64,000 nucleotides of DNA, from the NCBI RefSeq assembly GCF_009914755.1, contig NC_060941.1. One strand, written 5' to 3'. The translations under genes and the position numbers were made by a program. Source of the stretch: the human T2T-CHM13v2.0 reference genome, Homo sapiens. The notes beneath the pieces are model-generated. The model saw nothing but the letters and a program-made list of their open reading frames with translations. It searched no databases and had not been told where the DNA came from. This document shows, piece after piece, positions 13,991-30,108 of the stretch (position 1 is its first letter; each line of letters starts with the position of its first letter).

Positions 13991-14333
13991 TGCAATGGAC
14001 TGAATGTGAATGTCCCTGCAATATTCCTGTGTTGAAATCCTAACCCCTGGTGTGACAGTGTTAGGAGATGGAGCCTTTAGCAGGCAACTGGGTCACGAAT
14101 GGGGTTACTGCCCTTATTAAAGCGACCCCAAAGATGGACCCCTCTTTCCATCAAGTGGGAATACAAAGAGAAGCCAGCCGTCTTTAGCCCGAAAGAGGGC
14201 CCTTAGCAGCCCCGGACCACGTAGGCACCCTGATCTCAGACTTCCAGCCTCCAAAACTGCGAGAAACAATGTCTGTTGTTTAGATACCACCCAGACTATG
14301 GTACTGTGTTGCAGCAGTGCCAGAGGACTAACA
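13991..14333 (+). mobile_element. MLT1A-type solo LTR
   Basis: TGGACTGAATGT...GTTGAAATCCTAACCCC...GGCACCCTGATCTCAGACTTCCAGCCTCCA. Confidence 0.8.
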
Positions 14334-14476
14334 GAAGCCCCAAAGATGATTAAAATTAACCAAAGATAATTAAAATTAAATCGATTTTTTTAAAAGAAGA
14401 AACACCAAAAACCCACTGCAGTTCAAACACACTTACCTGGACAGAAAATTTTTAGGGAAAAAAAAAGATAGCTGCA

Positions 14477-14478
<2 letters not shown>

Positions 14479-14518
<40 letters not shown>
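14479..14518. repeat. (AC)20 microsatellite
   Basis: Pure dinucleotide run. Confidence 0.98.
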
Positions 14519-14520
<2 letters not shown>

Positions 14521-15671
14521 CAAATGCCAAGCTTCTGAATGCAGAGCAGGTGTGTCCCACCGGGAGGACATTGCCATCAGGAGGCTCTGGCTGATAATTA
14601 AGCTACAAACATGTACAGAGGCATGGCTGTAGCCAGAGAACATTGTAGATCATTAGGAAATTTCACCTTCTCTAGCTAAGGAGAAGAAAAATGTGGAGAA
14701 TCTAGCAATCGCCTCCAAAAGCTTTCGCTTAGTGCCAGTACAATCTAAGAACAAGGAAGGGGTCAGAGAAGGGCCATGACAGAAGGAGAGGCCAGGAGGG
14801 GGCAGGCCCCGGGCACAGGGTTTGAGCCCCTGTGTCTGGGACTGTGGGAGAGGACTCGCTGATAGCAAGTTACTGCTGGCAGAGTTCCCATTTTTTCAGC
14901 TCTTGCCCCTGGATCTGGGAATGTGCTGCTCACTTCCTGTAGTCTTTCTGCCTTTGAGAATGAATTTCTAAACAGTAAAGATCCAGCTCTATGAATTCAC
15001 CAGCCATGACTTCAAAACAAGTTTCCCGACTTCAGAGAGGCACACCTGTCATTGACTTGGGGGGCCATTTAGGGAATCAAGTGCCCCTCACTAGGGCCCA
15101 GCTGGTTGGCATGGAAACCCTCAGTGCACAGATGCAGGCTCTGGCAGGTTCTGGCATATTCTGGGGCAGAGCAAACTCCCCCGCTGTTCTGATGCAGCCC
15201 ATCTTGGCGCCCTGGAGCCTGTCCATGGCTAAAAGCCAAACCACGTCAACGTTGAGATATTTTCCACCAGCACGTTATCACTCAACAAATAATGGGAATG
15301 CTAGACATTGAGTAAATAAATACGAATTTGAACAGGGGACCTAAAGGGTTTGCTGACCAGTGGGGTCTGTGGTCAGGGAAGGCTTCCCTGAGGAAATGAT
15401 GCTTAAGCCCAGTCCTGGATGAATGAGTGAGGGCTCCCCAAGGAAAGGTCTTGGACAGAGGATTTCATGGGACTGTCATGGGAAAGGCTCTGAGGTGGGC
15501 TTGAGAAACTAAGAGGAGCCCAGGATAGCAAGCAGGAGAGTGGAAGAACATAAGGGGTGGAGGCTATGGTTGGGGTGAAAATGCAGGCGATAACTGTTGT
15601 GCCCGTTACTTGGCATTTTTTAAAGGGGGCAGGGGTGATGAGCACGGTTTTTCATAAAAACAGTCAACTCC

Positions 15672-16031
<360 letters not shown>

Positions 16032-16547
16032 CTAATGTCTTTCTCTACCAGGTAGAGAACGGCCTGATGAAACAGTGGCTATTTTCCCCAACTGCTTACA
16101 TGAGAACACAGAGTCTTGGAGAATCCAAATAACTTGCCCCAAACCAGGAGGCCAACATGTGAAGGATCCTCAGATTTGGAATAAGATTTGTCTGACCTAA
16201 TTTCCGTCCTGGCACAATTTGCGTGCCGCCTGCAACTGAGTTTTCGTTGAAGGGTCACTCACTCCGCCATTGAGTGATATTTATTGAGTGGCTACTGCAT
16301 GCCAGAGGCTGTTCTAGGCAGAGCCCCGGCCCTTGAGGAGCTTATCTTCTGGCGTGGGGATGAGAGGATGGAATGCAAGAACCACAGAACACACACCCAT
16401 CACAGGCGTAGTGCAATGATGAAGATGCAATGGGATCAGGTGGAGGAGACTCAGGGGAGGCCTGAAGACGTGACATTTGGGTTGAGACATGAATGGCAGG
16501 GGACATTTGTGGACTCCATTAACAATAAGGGTTGTGATTAGGTTCAG

Positions 16548-16578
16548 AAAATGGCGGCTTAATTCACATGCATGTGAA
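16548..16578 (+). promoter_or_regulatory. YY1 motif next to a palindromic double E-box
   Basis: AAAATGGCGGC 16548-16558; TTCACATGCATGTGAA 16563-16578. Confidence 0.35.
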
Positions 16579-16869
16579 ATGTGGCACGGAGCCATGGTCA
16601 AGGTCGCCTCCTCAGACGCAAAGGGAGACGCTCCCTCTGGTGTCCAGATCCAGCAATTGCAGGGATTGAGCCGGCAGAAACTCAAAACTCGGGGTGTATT
16701 CCACATCCGCAGATACACAAGAGAGATACAATTCCTTGCATAACCCCCTGCAATTCAGAGGCAGTACGATGAGTGTTCTTAAGCCATAAATCAGTAAACA
16801 TCCCCTAAATAAATAAATAAAAATATCTAAACTTCACGTAGATCTATGCCTGCACATGCCATATTTTTT

Positions 16870-17285
16870 GCAACATCTAGGTATCACTTGTGATCTTAAT
16901 ATCAACCTTTTTCCTGTAAATCAACTTGTTTGCTAAGATACATTTCATTTAAAAGAAAAATCTTTTGCCACCTCCTACAGTAAATGGAAATCCAATATCA
17001 TGCACCAAAAAAGTAGAAGATAGCCATAAGACTAATCCACGCAACACCAAATCACATGGTTTGATTTCTTCTGGACCTCAGGCCTGGCTCTGTGTTTGTT
17101 ACAAGGGGGAGATCAGAAAGTGTGGCTGGGGTATGAGAGATAAAAAAGCAAGACTGAGGCTTGCGTTAATTAAAGGGCCTGAAAGACACTGAGAGGAGAA
17201 TAATTTTCTCATTGGGAGATTGGTTATTATTTAAGGTCATGCTCCTGGGTCCCTAAAGTTCTGGGGTGCAATGCCCTGGGGACTC
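16870..17285 (+). mobile_element. MER113-like hAT-Charlie
   Basis: GTAAATGGAAATCCAATATCA...GTAGAAGATAGCCATAA...AAGGGGGAGATCAG...GAATAATTTTCTCA. Confidence 0.6.
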
Positions 17286-17541
17286 CAAAAACTCAAGACT
17301 ATGCATGTTTTCTTGTCCAGGCACGGAGTTGACAAGGAAGACTGGAAAATGGCCCTGGTGACCATAAACCAACTCCCACCCCTCACTCCCCCTCGGGCCC
17401 AGAGTGGTTAATTGAGTATTAAAGGATCACACAAGGAATGATAAACCTGAAGAGAAATGGGGTCTCCTGATTCCCACTCCAGTGCTCTTTCTCTGCACCT
17501 GGGGAGGCCAGTGTCATCCGTTAAATGCAATAAAATCCTCC

Positions 17542-18179
<638 letters not shown>

Positions 18180-20038
18180 TGAGTTATACGTATGACTCTG
18201 AGTACTTCTTACTAAGTTTGTGCATCATGATTTAGTAGTCAAGGGGGAAGTAATGGAGAAGTGATTATACAAACATAACCTCCCAAAGTAGAATTTTCAG
18301 AGAAGTTACCATGTGCAATTGTTCTCCAGAATTCATCTCACGGCCTAATTCCTCATCATTCTGGAGAAACAGGTCTTTTTCTGATCCACTTGGAGACTTG
18401 AGACTGGATGGCGGCTGGAGGAGGCTGACCAGACGGTGACCAGGACCAGGATGGGATTTCATAGCAGGCAGATGTAACTCACCAACACGCTGCCAGTGCC
18501 AAATGTCCCTAATCAGTCACTTGCCAATTGCCATTTTTAGCCCAGACTATACATTTCCAAATCCTAAGGATCTGCTTATAAAACCTGATTGGAAATGAGA
18601 TCAGGAAGAGCAGACACAATGTAAGAAATTGGGAAGCTCAAGCTGGGATTCCCAAGACTGAAGAAAGCCAAGTTGTTTTCTGAGCATGGGGACACCATCC
18701 GGACCAAGAGTGGGTCCTTCCCACCTTCCCTGGGACCCCTCCATGGGAGACAGTGGAAATCAGCATGCTGGCAGCCTGGATAATGAGATTTCCACTTCTC
18801 CCCAGCTTCATCTGCTCTTCTGTCTGCTGAAGCTCTCAGCTGGAAACACAGACCCTAAAGGGACAGTGGCCTTGACTTCCTGGTGGGGAAAAGGGTGAAA
18901 GGCCTGGTTAAGAGATTGCTTTGCTACAACATCTGGACCAGAGCTTTTGAGCTTTCTGAACTTAGAAGGTGCAGACCTTGTTCTTACAAGGCCCACATCC
19001 AAGCGATTATATGGTTAGTAGGTGCTGCTTGAGAACACACAAACCCACTAAAATTTACTATTGGATTTCATTGGACTGTGGAATAAATGTGTAGTTTATT
19101 CATCACAACAGCTTCTACCCAACTGTGAAAACAGTCATCTGTGCACATTTGAGATGCAGGGTTATGCTCTGTCTGTGGGGGCAGCTTGTCCACGTGAACT
19201 CTGAGACTCTGACAGCTGGTCACTGTCCCTTTGGAGTCTGAGGTCCACTTCCTGGGAGTCTCTTCTGCTTTAGATCATTCATACAAATAGCATCTATAAT
19301 GCAGAGACATGGGGACTGGGCTCCACACCCCACCCTCAGCAGTCATTGATGTTTGAGCTTAAGTGATAGTCTCTTTTTTCAACTCAGGGTGTGTGGCTCC
19401 AGAATTTTAGATGAAGCAATTGTTTTGGATTCATGCAACCTAAAGAGGTTCCCTCCAATGACCTGGGGTTAGGTGTTCATCTCCCCTCCACCACCTCTGC
19501 CCAGACTGAGCAGATAATTGAGGTGAGTGGGTCTTGGGTCAGGTTGGCGGGGACAGAGGAATGGTGAGTTTGCCCAGATATACAAGACCTTTGCTTTATA
19601 AATTTACAAGGGAATTGCCTGATTTGAGAATTTAAGTGGATTCCAACCCTTTGCCCTTTCACTGTCAAAAATACTGTAACTCTTACTTTGCATAATAATG
19701 TTTAATTGTGTGCCGCACATTTCAGAGCATACTGAACATGCATCTCAGGGCAGAGAATGGCGTGTGCAAAGCAGGAATTTTGCACTTATTAGACACATTC
19801 AATTATGTTCAAGGGTAAATCTCATCAAGCTGCATTTTCTCCTTAGATGTTAACTTTTAGATCCTGACCCCTGAGAAAGGGGTTAACGTTGCAGTATGAG
19901 AGCAGGGAGGGGTAGACTTCTATCACAGCATTGAGGGCGACAAAAATGAATGATGATAATTGCGGAAACTTTTAGTGACACTGGGAGACAGCTCTACAGC
20001 ACTGGGGATTATGTTGTGAATGGTGCTCACGTATTTAG

Positions 20039-20342
<304 letters not shown>

Positions 20343-21382
20343 AGGAATTTAATATTAAATTGCCCAAAATTTAATTATTTAAAACTGCTACAGATACAAA
20401 AGATTGAAAACCATTAAATGGAAATTTTGAGGCCAAAAATCGGTTCATTCATTATTCATTCAACAGATATGGATTACACTAACGTGCAACCCGTGTGTGT
20501 CAGGCCCTTTGTTAGAGCTGGGACAGCCCTTGGCACCCCCTTGCTAAGCTGCAAGTTCCCAGAATCTAGATGCTTGCACCCGGGCTGTCACGGGGCAGAG
20601 GCCACCAAGGATGCTCAAACTGTTACATGTGCCTCACGCCCACCTGTGGACACCAGTGGGTGAAGAGTGGGTTTGACTGTCCCAGAGCTTTAGTAAGGCA
20701 GCTTCATGGTGTCTCGGAAAAAGAACTCAGGTCTGGGAGCAAGGAGCTCCAGTTTCTCACCCCAGCTCCGTGCAGCTCTTGTGTGGTTTGCACGCAGTGG
20801 TCCACGCCTGGACTCCCGCCCCTGTACCCAGGCTCTGCCTCTCACCTCTGCACACTCACCGGGCACACCTCCAGCCCTGCTGAACTCACCACCTTGTGGT
20901 CATAGCCGGGGCCGCCAATGGGTCCTCAGAGCTGCTGGTGGTCGGGCTCTGTGTCTCAGCCTGTTCAGCCCCCGGCCACCTGGTCACTAGCTTGGACTTT
21001 TCTCTTCTGGCCTCAAGCCCCCAACACCTTCTCCATCTCAGCAGACTGATCTTCGTGTTCCTTCACTGAGGAAATTGAAGCAGCCACCTCTCTGCTGACA
21101 TCCGTGTCACCTGTGCCATCATCCCTCCTGTCACTGAGGATGGCCTGTCCATGTCCCCCTCCTGTTTCCTGGATCCCAAGACCCCACTCAAGGCCTTGGC
21201 CCCAGCCACCCTTCCCTCTTCCCCGTATCGCTGAGTTTCCCTCTGCTAGACTCTTCTTGCATGGTTCGTTTCCCATCTCAAAAAGGAACAGAGCAGAATA
21301 AAAGCTTTTCTGGCCCCCTCAAACCCTCCTGCTACTGCCCAGTTTTATATTCACTGCCTAGGGCTCCTTCCCTCCCATCCTC

Positions 21383-21637
21383 TTTTTTTTTTTTTTTTTT
21401 TTTTTGAGATGGAGTCTCACTTCCGCCTCCCGGGTTCACACCATTCTCCTGCCTCAGCCTCCCAAGCGGCTGGGACTACAGGCACCCGCCACCACGCCCG
21501 GCTAATTTTTTGTATTTTTAGTAGAGACAGGGTTTCACCGTGTTAGCCAGGATGGTCTCGATCTCCTGGCCTCGTGATGTGCCCTCCTCGGCCTCCCAAA
21601 GTGCTGGGATTACAGGCGTGAGCCACCGTGCCTGGCC
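21383..21637 (-). mobile_element. AluY with ~50-nt deletion in right arm
   Basis: GTTAGCCAGGATGGTCTCGATCTCC diagnostic; TSD CCCATCCTCTTTTT. Confidence 0.93.
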
Positions 21638-21761
21638 CCCCACCCATCCTCTTTTTAACCTGTCCATCAGACTTTTGCCTCAACCACTACACTGAAACTG
21701 CTGTCATCGGCGTCACCAGTAGTCCCCACATTGCTAAATTCAATGCCGGCCCTCAGGACAG

Positions 21762-22074
21762 TTTTTGTTTTTGTTTGTTTGTTTGTTTTTGTGAGAGAGG
21801 TGCTCACTCTGTCACCCAGGCTGGAGTGCAGTGGCGCAATCACAGTTCACTGCACCCTTGACCTCTTGGGCTCAACCAATGCTCCCGCCTCAGTCTCCTG
21901 AGTAGCCAGGACTACAAGGTGCCACCATCATGCCTGGCTAATTTGTGTATTTTTGGTAGAGATGGGGTTTTCCCATGTTGCTCAGGCTGGTCTTGAACTT
22001 CTGGACTCAAGTGATCCACCAATCTCAGCCTCTCAAAGTGCTGGGATTACAGGCATGAACCATTGTGCCTGGCC
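21762..22074 (-). mobile_element. AluJ
   Basis: Diverged dimer with GGGCTCAA J-type positions. Confidence 0.9.
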
Positions 22075-22617
22075 AGGATGGTCTTTTTTGACCTATCTGC
22101 CATCAGATACAGTTGATTAATTCCTCCTCCTCGAAGCACGACCTTCATCTGTCCTTCAGGATACATCCCTCCCAGACACTCACTCTCCAGCCCCTTCCCT
22201 GACTCCTCCTCATCGAAGGCTTCCAGGGCTCAGTTCCTTGACGTTTTCTCTCTTCTGTACTTGTTCCTTGGGGAGTCCATCTGATCTCATGGTTTACATA
22301 CCACACACATGTCTACACCGACACATCCCAAACATACATCTCCACCGAGACCCAGCCCCTGAGCTCCAAACCCCAGTTGGCTGGTTGACTTCTCCACCAG
22401 AAGAGCTAATAGACATCACTCATTTAACTTCTGGAACTGAACTTCTGACTCCACCCAAAGGCCACTCCCCGTCAGTCTTCCTAATTCTCGTAATGACTGT
22501 GCCATTCTTCATTGCTCTGAGCAAACCTCTTAGGATCTTTTTTAGCTCTTTGCTTCTTCCCACCTTCTCCCAACCCAATCATCTTGGCTCTACCTTCAAA
22601 ATACATCCAGAATCCAC

Positions 22618-23375
<758 letters not shown>

Positions 23376-23380
23376 CACTG

Positions 23381-23761
<381 letters not shown>

Positions 23762-24061
23762 TCACTGGAATTATTGACATGGTCTGTGGTCTCCGCCAGC
23801 AGCCAGGAGGATCTCGGGAAATCCGAGCCCTCCATAGCTCCCCTCTCACCCTCTGGGTTACAGCAGCCTTACAACATCAGTGGGCTCAGCTGCTGGCTGT
23901 CTCCAAATGAGGCAAAGAGAAGGTCAGGGCCGAAGTCCTGGGTCTGCATTAGAGGCTGCGTGCTTTCCTGGCCTCACCTCTCACTTCTTCCCCCTCCGTG
24001 GATCCCCCCAGCATGCTTCCCTGCCCCAGGGCAGCTGCTTCCTACCCCTGAAACTCTCTTA

Positions 24062-24369
24062 TTTTCTTTCTCTTTTTTTTTTTTTTGAGACAGGATCTCT
24101 CTTTATCGCCCAGGCTGGAGTATAGTGGCAAGATCACAGCTCACTGCAGCCTCAACCTCCGGGCTCAAGCAATCCCCCCACCTTAGCTCCCTAAAGTAGC
24201 TGAGACTACAGATGCACACCACTATGTCTGGCTAATTTCTGTATTTTTTTGTAGAGATGGGCTCTCACTATATTGTCCAGGTTGGTCTCAAACTCCCGAG
24301 CTCAAGTGATCTACCCTCCTTGGACTCCCAAAGTGCTGGGATTATAGGTGTGGGCCACCTCACCTGGAC
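24062..24369 (-). mobile_element. AluJ
   Basis: Dimer; TSD CTGAAACTCTCTT. Confidence 0.92.
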
Positions 24370-25407
24370 CTGAAACTCTCTTCTAATCAATATCTGCTTG
24401 GCTACCCCTGTCACCCCTTCAGTCTTTTCTGACCTTCTTGGCCAGGCCTTCCCTTGCTGGACCATTGAACATTGCAACTCCAGCCAAGCACCCCCTACCT
24501 CTCTTCCTGGACTATTTCCCTCCACCTGCAAACACCCGACACGCTTAGCATTCTGGTGTGTTCTTCACTGTGTATCTCCCTCACTAGAACATAAGCTCAC
24601 GAGGGCAGGGATTTTTGTCTACTCTGATCACTGACATATCCACAGTGCCTAAACCAGGGCGTGGCAGATATCAGGTGGTCAATAAACCTTTGGTGCATGG
24701 AAAAGTGAGGGAATCCATGGCCAAGTTATTTCACCCCATGATGCTTCTGTGAGGCCGTCCAGGATGGTGCTTTGCAAACTTTAGAATGTGTCATAATGAC
24801 ACAGAAAGCTGGTCGAGTGGACAGCTGGACTCTGCCCCAGAGATTCTGCTTTGGGGTCTCGGGAGGAGGTGAGATGCACCATTTCTAAGAAGTCCTGGGT
24901 CTTGCTGATGCTGTGGCTGGTCCAGTATTTCACTGCTGTTCAGGGGTTAGATGAAACCCTGGGGCAGGGAGAGGGAGGCAGGCACCTACCAGGGACAGTG
25001 GTATGATGAGAGCCTCCCTTGTGCCAATGGAGCTCCCACTGGCTTTGCCAGCCCAGGAGGGGGAGCCTCTGCCTGCTGGAAGCTCTGCAGAAGTGGGAGG
25101 TGGAAGGGAGGCTGGCAGGAGCCACCCCGGAAATCAGCACTGGGGCAGCACTCAGCCCTCCTTCCTGCCAGGGTGTCCAGCCCAGACTTGACCCACTGGC
25201 CAGGAAATAGCAGGAGATGTGTCCTTGGTGCACAAGCAGCCCGGAAAACCCCCTTTGCCCCCGAAAACCAGTTGTCGTCACTTTAAGGAAGCACTTATAG
25301 ATCCCACGCAGGTCCTGAGCCGCACCCAGTCACACAGGTGCCGATCTCACCTGCATTCTCTCTGTTCATTTGTAATTCCACCCCCTCCTCCCCATCTTCC
25401 TCTTCCT

Positions 25408-25408
<1 letters not shown>

Positions 25409-25442
<34 letters not shown>

Positions 25443-25869
25443 TGTGCACGCACACACACACACACGATCATCCCTCCTAACTCCTCCACCTCACACACAG
25501 AAGGCATGCATCCCTCATCCCACCCACAGAAGTCCACACGCAAGTGCACCCCTCACATCTTACACTCCTACCTCTCCCACAAGCATGCACACGTGTGTGC
25601 CTGCAGCTCATGTACACAGAGAGGCCCAAAGGGTCTCTGCCAATCTCCTCACCCACACACACCTCGAACGCACCTCTCTCCAGAAAGACACATATGCAAG
25701 CCCAGAGCCTCACCCATACCCATGCCTGACACACACACACACATGCACACAGGCACACACACATTCTTGAGCACATGCATGCACGCACACACAGCATGCA
25801 CACACAGGCGCATGCACACACGGACATGCACAGACACACGCACGTGCACAGGTGCACACACGCACACAC
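25409..25869. repeat. Compound (CT)n/(CA)n and degenerate CA/TG/CG low-complexity tract
   Basis: Directly visible. Confidence 0.9.
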
Positions 25870-26709
25870 CACCCCTTCTTCCCCTAAGTCTTCTCTAGGA
25901 GTTTTTGGTCCTAGCTTTGCTCTGCCATCTTGAAGACACGTCCCACAGGGTATGGCTTCCGTCACGCCCAAATTCCTGTCCTGAGCCTTGATCTGCCCAC
26001 CCTCAGGCCCACCTCCGGGAGAGGAGATGCATGCTCAGGATACTCTCCAGGAGCAGCTAGGAGGCGGCATTCTAGGATCAACACCACTCATTTCTGCAGG
26101 TGCAGGGGAATCATCATCCTGCTAGCAAGCAAAGGCACCTGTAGTCTGCTGGGCGCTGTTCAGACCCCAGGAAATGAGAAATAAGAAGCTTCAGGCCCTG
26201 CCTTTAAAGAGCTCACAATCCAGGCAAGAGAGTAGAGGGGCAGCTCTGGATGTTAGGTGCTATTATATGGTTACTGGAGACCCTGGGGACCCAGATGGGA
26301 GTTGTCAGACCTGCTTGGATGGACTACAAAGGGGAGGATGGTTGGGCAGGGCCTTAAAGAGTGAGCAGGCATTTGGCCAGGCAGGCAAGGAGCCTAAGAC
26401 ACTCCAGGCAGCAGAGAAAGGACAGAGACCTAAGTGAGCTTGCCCCCCTTGGGGAGCTACCAATCGTTTTGTGTGATCACAGCAAGGCAGGGAGGTGGAG
26501 GGCAAGTGGAGGATGCGAGGCTGGAGAAGTAAAGGGACCTCATCACTAAGGAGCTGGTGCAAGACTACGGTGCTTGGGCAGCCTTATTGTTTGGGTGATG
26601 GAGAGCTGTTGGAAGTCACTAGATTTGTGTTACATGGGGGTCACGCTGGTGGAGACAGAAAGGAGTGGGAATGGTACTAGAGATAGAAAGGCCCAGAGGC
26701 ACCCATGGA

Positions 26710-27145
26710 TATAGCATAGGATTAGATTTGGCTACAAAAAATCCAAAATAATAGTAGCTTAACAAGGTAAAATTCTTAATTCTCTCTCATATCCAAGAAG
26801 CGGGGAGGTATGGCTTGTGTGGCTCTCATGGTATCAGGGACCTAGGCTTTCTATCTTGTTGTTGTGACACAAGGGGATTCCATTCCTATAATCATGTGAT
26901 CCAAAGTGGCTGCTGGAGCTCCAGGCATCACATCTACATTCCAGTTAGGGGGAAAAGGGAAAAGAAAACAATACCTTCTATTTAAGGACAATTACTAAAA
27001 GTTACCTATACAAATTATCTTACATAGTTTAGGGTGGGATGTAGTCATATGGGTCTCACCTTGCTACAAAGAGAGGCTAGGAAATGCAGTCTTTATTCAA
27101 GGTGGCCAGGTGCCCAGCCAAACACTAAGGGTTCTGTGACTATGG
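26710..27145 (-). mobile_element. MLT1J-like LTR
   Basis: TCAGGGACCTAGGCT...GGCTGCTGGAGCTCCAGGCATCACATCTACATTCCAG...GAGGCTAGGAAATGCAGTCTTT. Confidence 0.65.
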
Positions 27146-27652
27146 CACTTGGTGGTGGAGTGGTCGTGAGCCTGGCTTTAGCTGGGAGGCTTCTACACTA
27201 CATTACTTTGACCAAAGGCAGACACATGAACACACCCACCTTCCTCCCTCAGACGATATTCTCTCCAAACTGAGCTGCAGACTCCAACCTCTTCTCCGAT
27301 GATGTGCCGGACATCATAGGGAACATGAGAGAGATGTAAGACGGTCTGCAAAGCTTACAGTTTCCTTCAAGAGTCCAAAAAAAGGCACAAAATAGACAAT
27401 AGAAACTAACAAGAAACAAGCACCCCCCAACATGGATATAATCCATGTAAAACAGATGGTTCTAGGCATAAGCACCCACGATGGTTCCAAAGGGGAAAGG
27501 TCAGTGGGGACCCCAGAGTCAAGGAGATGGGACCCACAAAGACCCAAAGAAAGCTGGTCCCAAGAGGAAAAAGAAAACTTTCACTCTCTCTTTACTATAT
27601 TATTATTATTACATTGGCTAATAGGGCATAGCAAGCCAAAGGTGCAGGGTAG

Positions 27653-27988
<336 letters not shown>

Positions 27989-28240
27989 GAGCCTGGTCAT
28001 TCTTAAACAGTGGGCAGAATCTCTTGAGAGTCTTTGCTCAACTGAGAGCATTTACAGAGGCCCATGTGGTGGGCAGGATGGAGTGATCCTCCAGTGGACT
28101 TTTCTGAACCACCTTGGACTCTTGCCTATCGGCTGCTATGTCCCCACGGTCAGGCTGCAGGCACCCGCTAGTCCTCAACCCCTGCGGAGCTTCCCTGGCT
28201 CTGCTATGTGACCCTCACCAGTGGCCCCTCCACCTTGCTT

Positions 28241-28253
28241 TGCCCCCTGGTGG
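28241..28253 (-). promoter_or_regulatory. CTCF core motif
   Basis: Reverse complement CCACCAGGGGGCA. Confidence 0.4.
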
Positions 28254-28899
28254 GCCCCCTCCCATCCTGCTCTCTCTGGTTGAGACCCTTTGCCTTTGGC
28301 TTGTCCTTTGCCTTCTTGCCTCTCAGCCCTATCCTTGTGTCTGGGGGCACTGGTCTTATTGCTGCTGCTGCTGTGTTTCTGTGTTTTTTTAAGCTATCCC
28401 TTTATTCCAAGCCCAAAAGCCTTGTTATAGCTCCTGCTCCTTGAACCCCAGGCTGACCCAGAGACCAGGTCCAGCTCGGGAAGGGAACTGGGACCTTCTT
28501 CCTGTTCCTCCCTGCTAGGGCATTAGCATTTCCCCAAGATAGTTTTGAAGACTTTGCTTGGCTTGGGAAGCCAGCGCAGTGAGCCCCACACCAATGATCT
28601 GATGGTAGCAAGGGGCTCACTGATAAGGGTTTGAACGATACCTTTCTGGGGTGGACATGGCTCCTGCATTTCCAATTGTCTGCCCCAGTAGGCCGCCAAA
28701 GCGCTGCTCAGTCTTGCTGGAGGCCTGGGTGGGTGGGAGTGGTCGGGAGGAGAGGGGAGGGGAACACAAGATCAGAAAAGAAGAGACTGGGCTCTGAGAG
28801 GACCTCTGGGCAAGGACGGGAATGATTAGAAGGGACGTTTGGGAGTGCCCGCTGAGCTGGCACAGAGCAATTTGCTGAGGAGCCCAGTGGTGCCTGGAT

Positions 28900-29195
28900 G
28901 GAGAAGTCACAATGGGACACGTCCAAAGGCTGTGCTTGTGCTTCCCTCCTACAACATGGACTAGCTAACAACGCAGAAGGAAGCCACCGGCGGAGCAGCA
29001 GTGCTCGGGGATGGAAATGGTCCTGGTGGCATTTGGGTCTTTGTAAAGATGCAGCTATCCCCGAGCTTCCAGCTACATCCCTGTACTTCCCACAGCTAGT
29101 TCTTCAACTCACCCAACAAACCAAATACATTCCTTTTGGCTTAACCTTGATTGAGTGCTTCTGTCACTTACAATCAAAAGAATTCTGACTCAAAT
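28900..29195 (+). mobile_element. Old MLT1(K/L-like) LTR 3' part
   Basis: Ends TCTGTCACTTACAATCAAAAGAATTCTGACT. Confidence 0.45.
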
Positions 29196-29211
29196 CCACT
29201 CATCTGCATAA

Positions 29212-29637
<426 letters not shown>

Positions 29638-30049
29638 TGACCAGCCTCTTCTGCTCTGACTTGCAAGGAACTCAAGCTGTTCTGCATTCCAGGGCCAGGA
29701 GAGGACCAGGACAAGGCGAGAGCATTCCTGGGCATTGCTTTCTTTGCATTTCATGAGATGCTGTGAGCTCTTCAGAGGGAGTGATAGGCTGGTTTCCGGA
29801 TGGCACACCTGTGGCCACACATTCGTGGTCCTGCTTTGATGAGTGGCTGCCTCTGAAAGTGCAGGGCAGGGAGAGAGATGCAGACAGCAGGTGCAGGTTC
29901 TGCTCCAAGCACCACCTTCTCCCTGAAGGAGGAAGGCTCCTGGGACTAAGTCATTGATTTTTTTTCTAATAAATAAAAATCTAAAGTAAACCAAAATCTT
30001 CACAGGTATCCTGTGTTCTGTTCTCAGAGATGAAAAGATTTGAAGCATG

Positions 30050-30108
30050 CTCTCTCTCTCTCACACACACACACATACACACACACACATACACACACAC
30101 ACACACAC
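30050..30108. repeat. (CT)n(CA)n microsatellite
   Basis: Directly visible. Confidence 0.95.

Noticed and set aside
25219-25971. His/Thr- and Cys/Val-rich ORFs of 160-186 aa
   Set aside because: Translations of CA/TG low-complexity repeat
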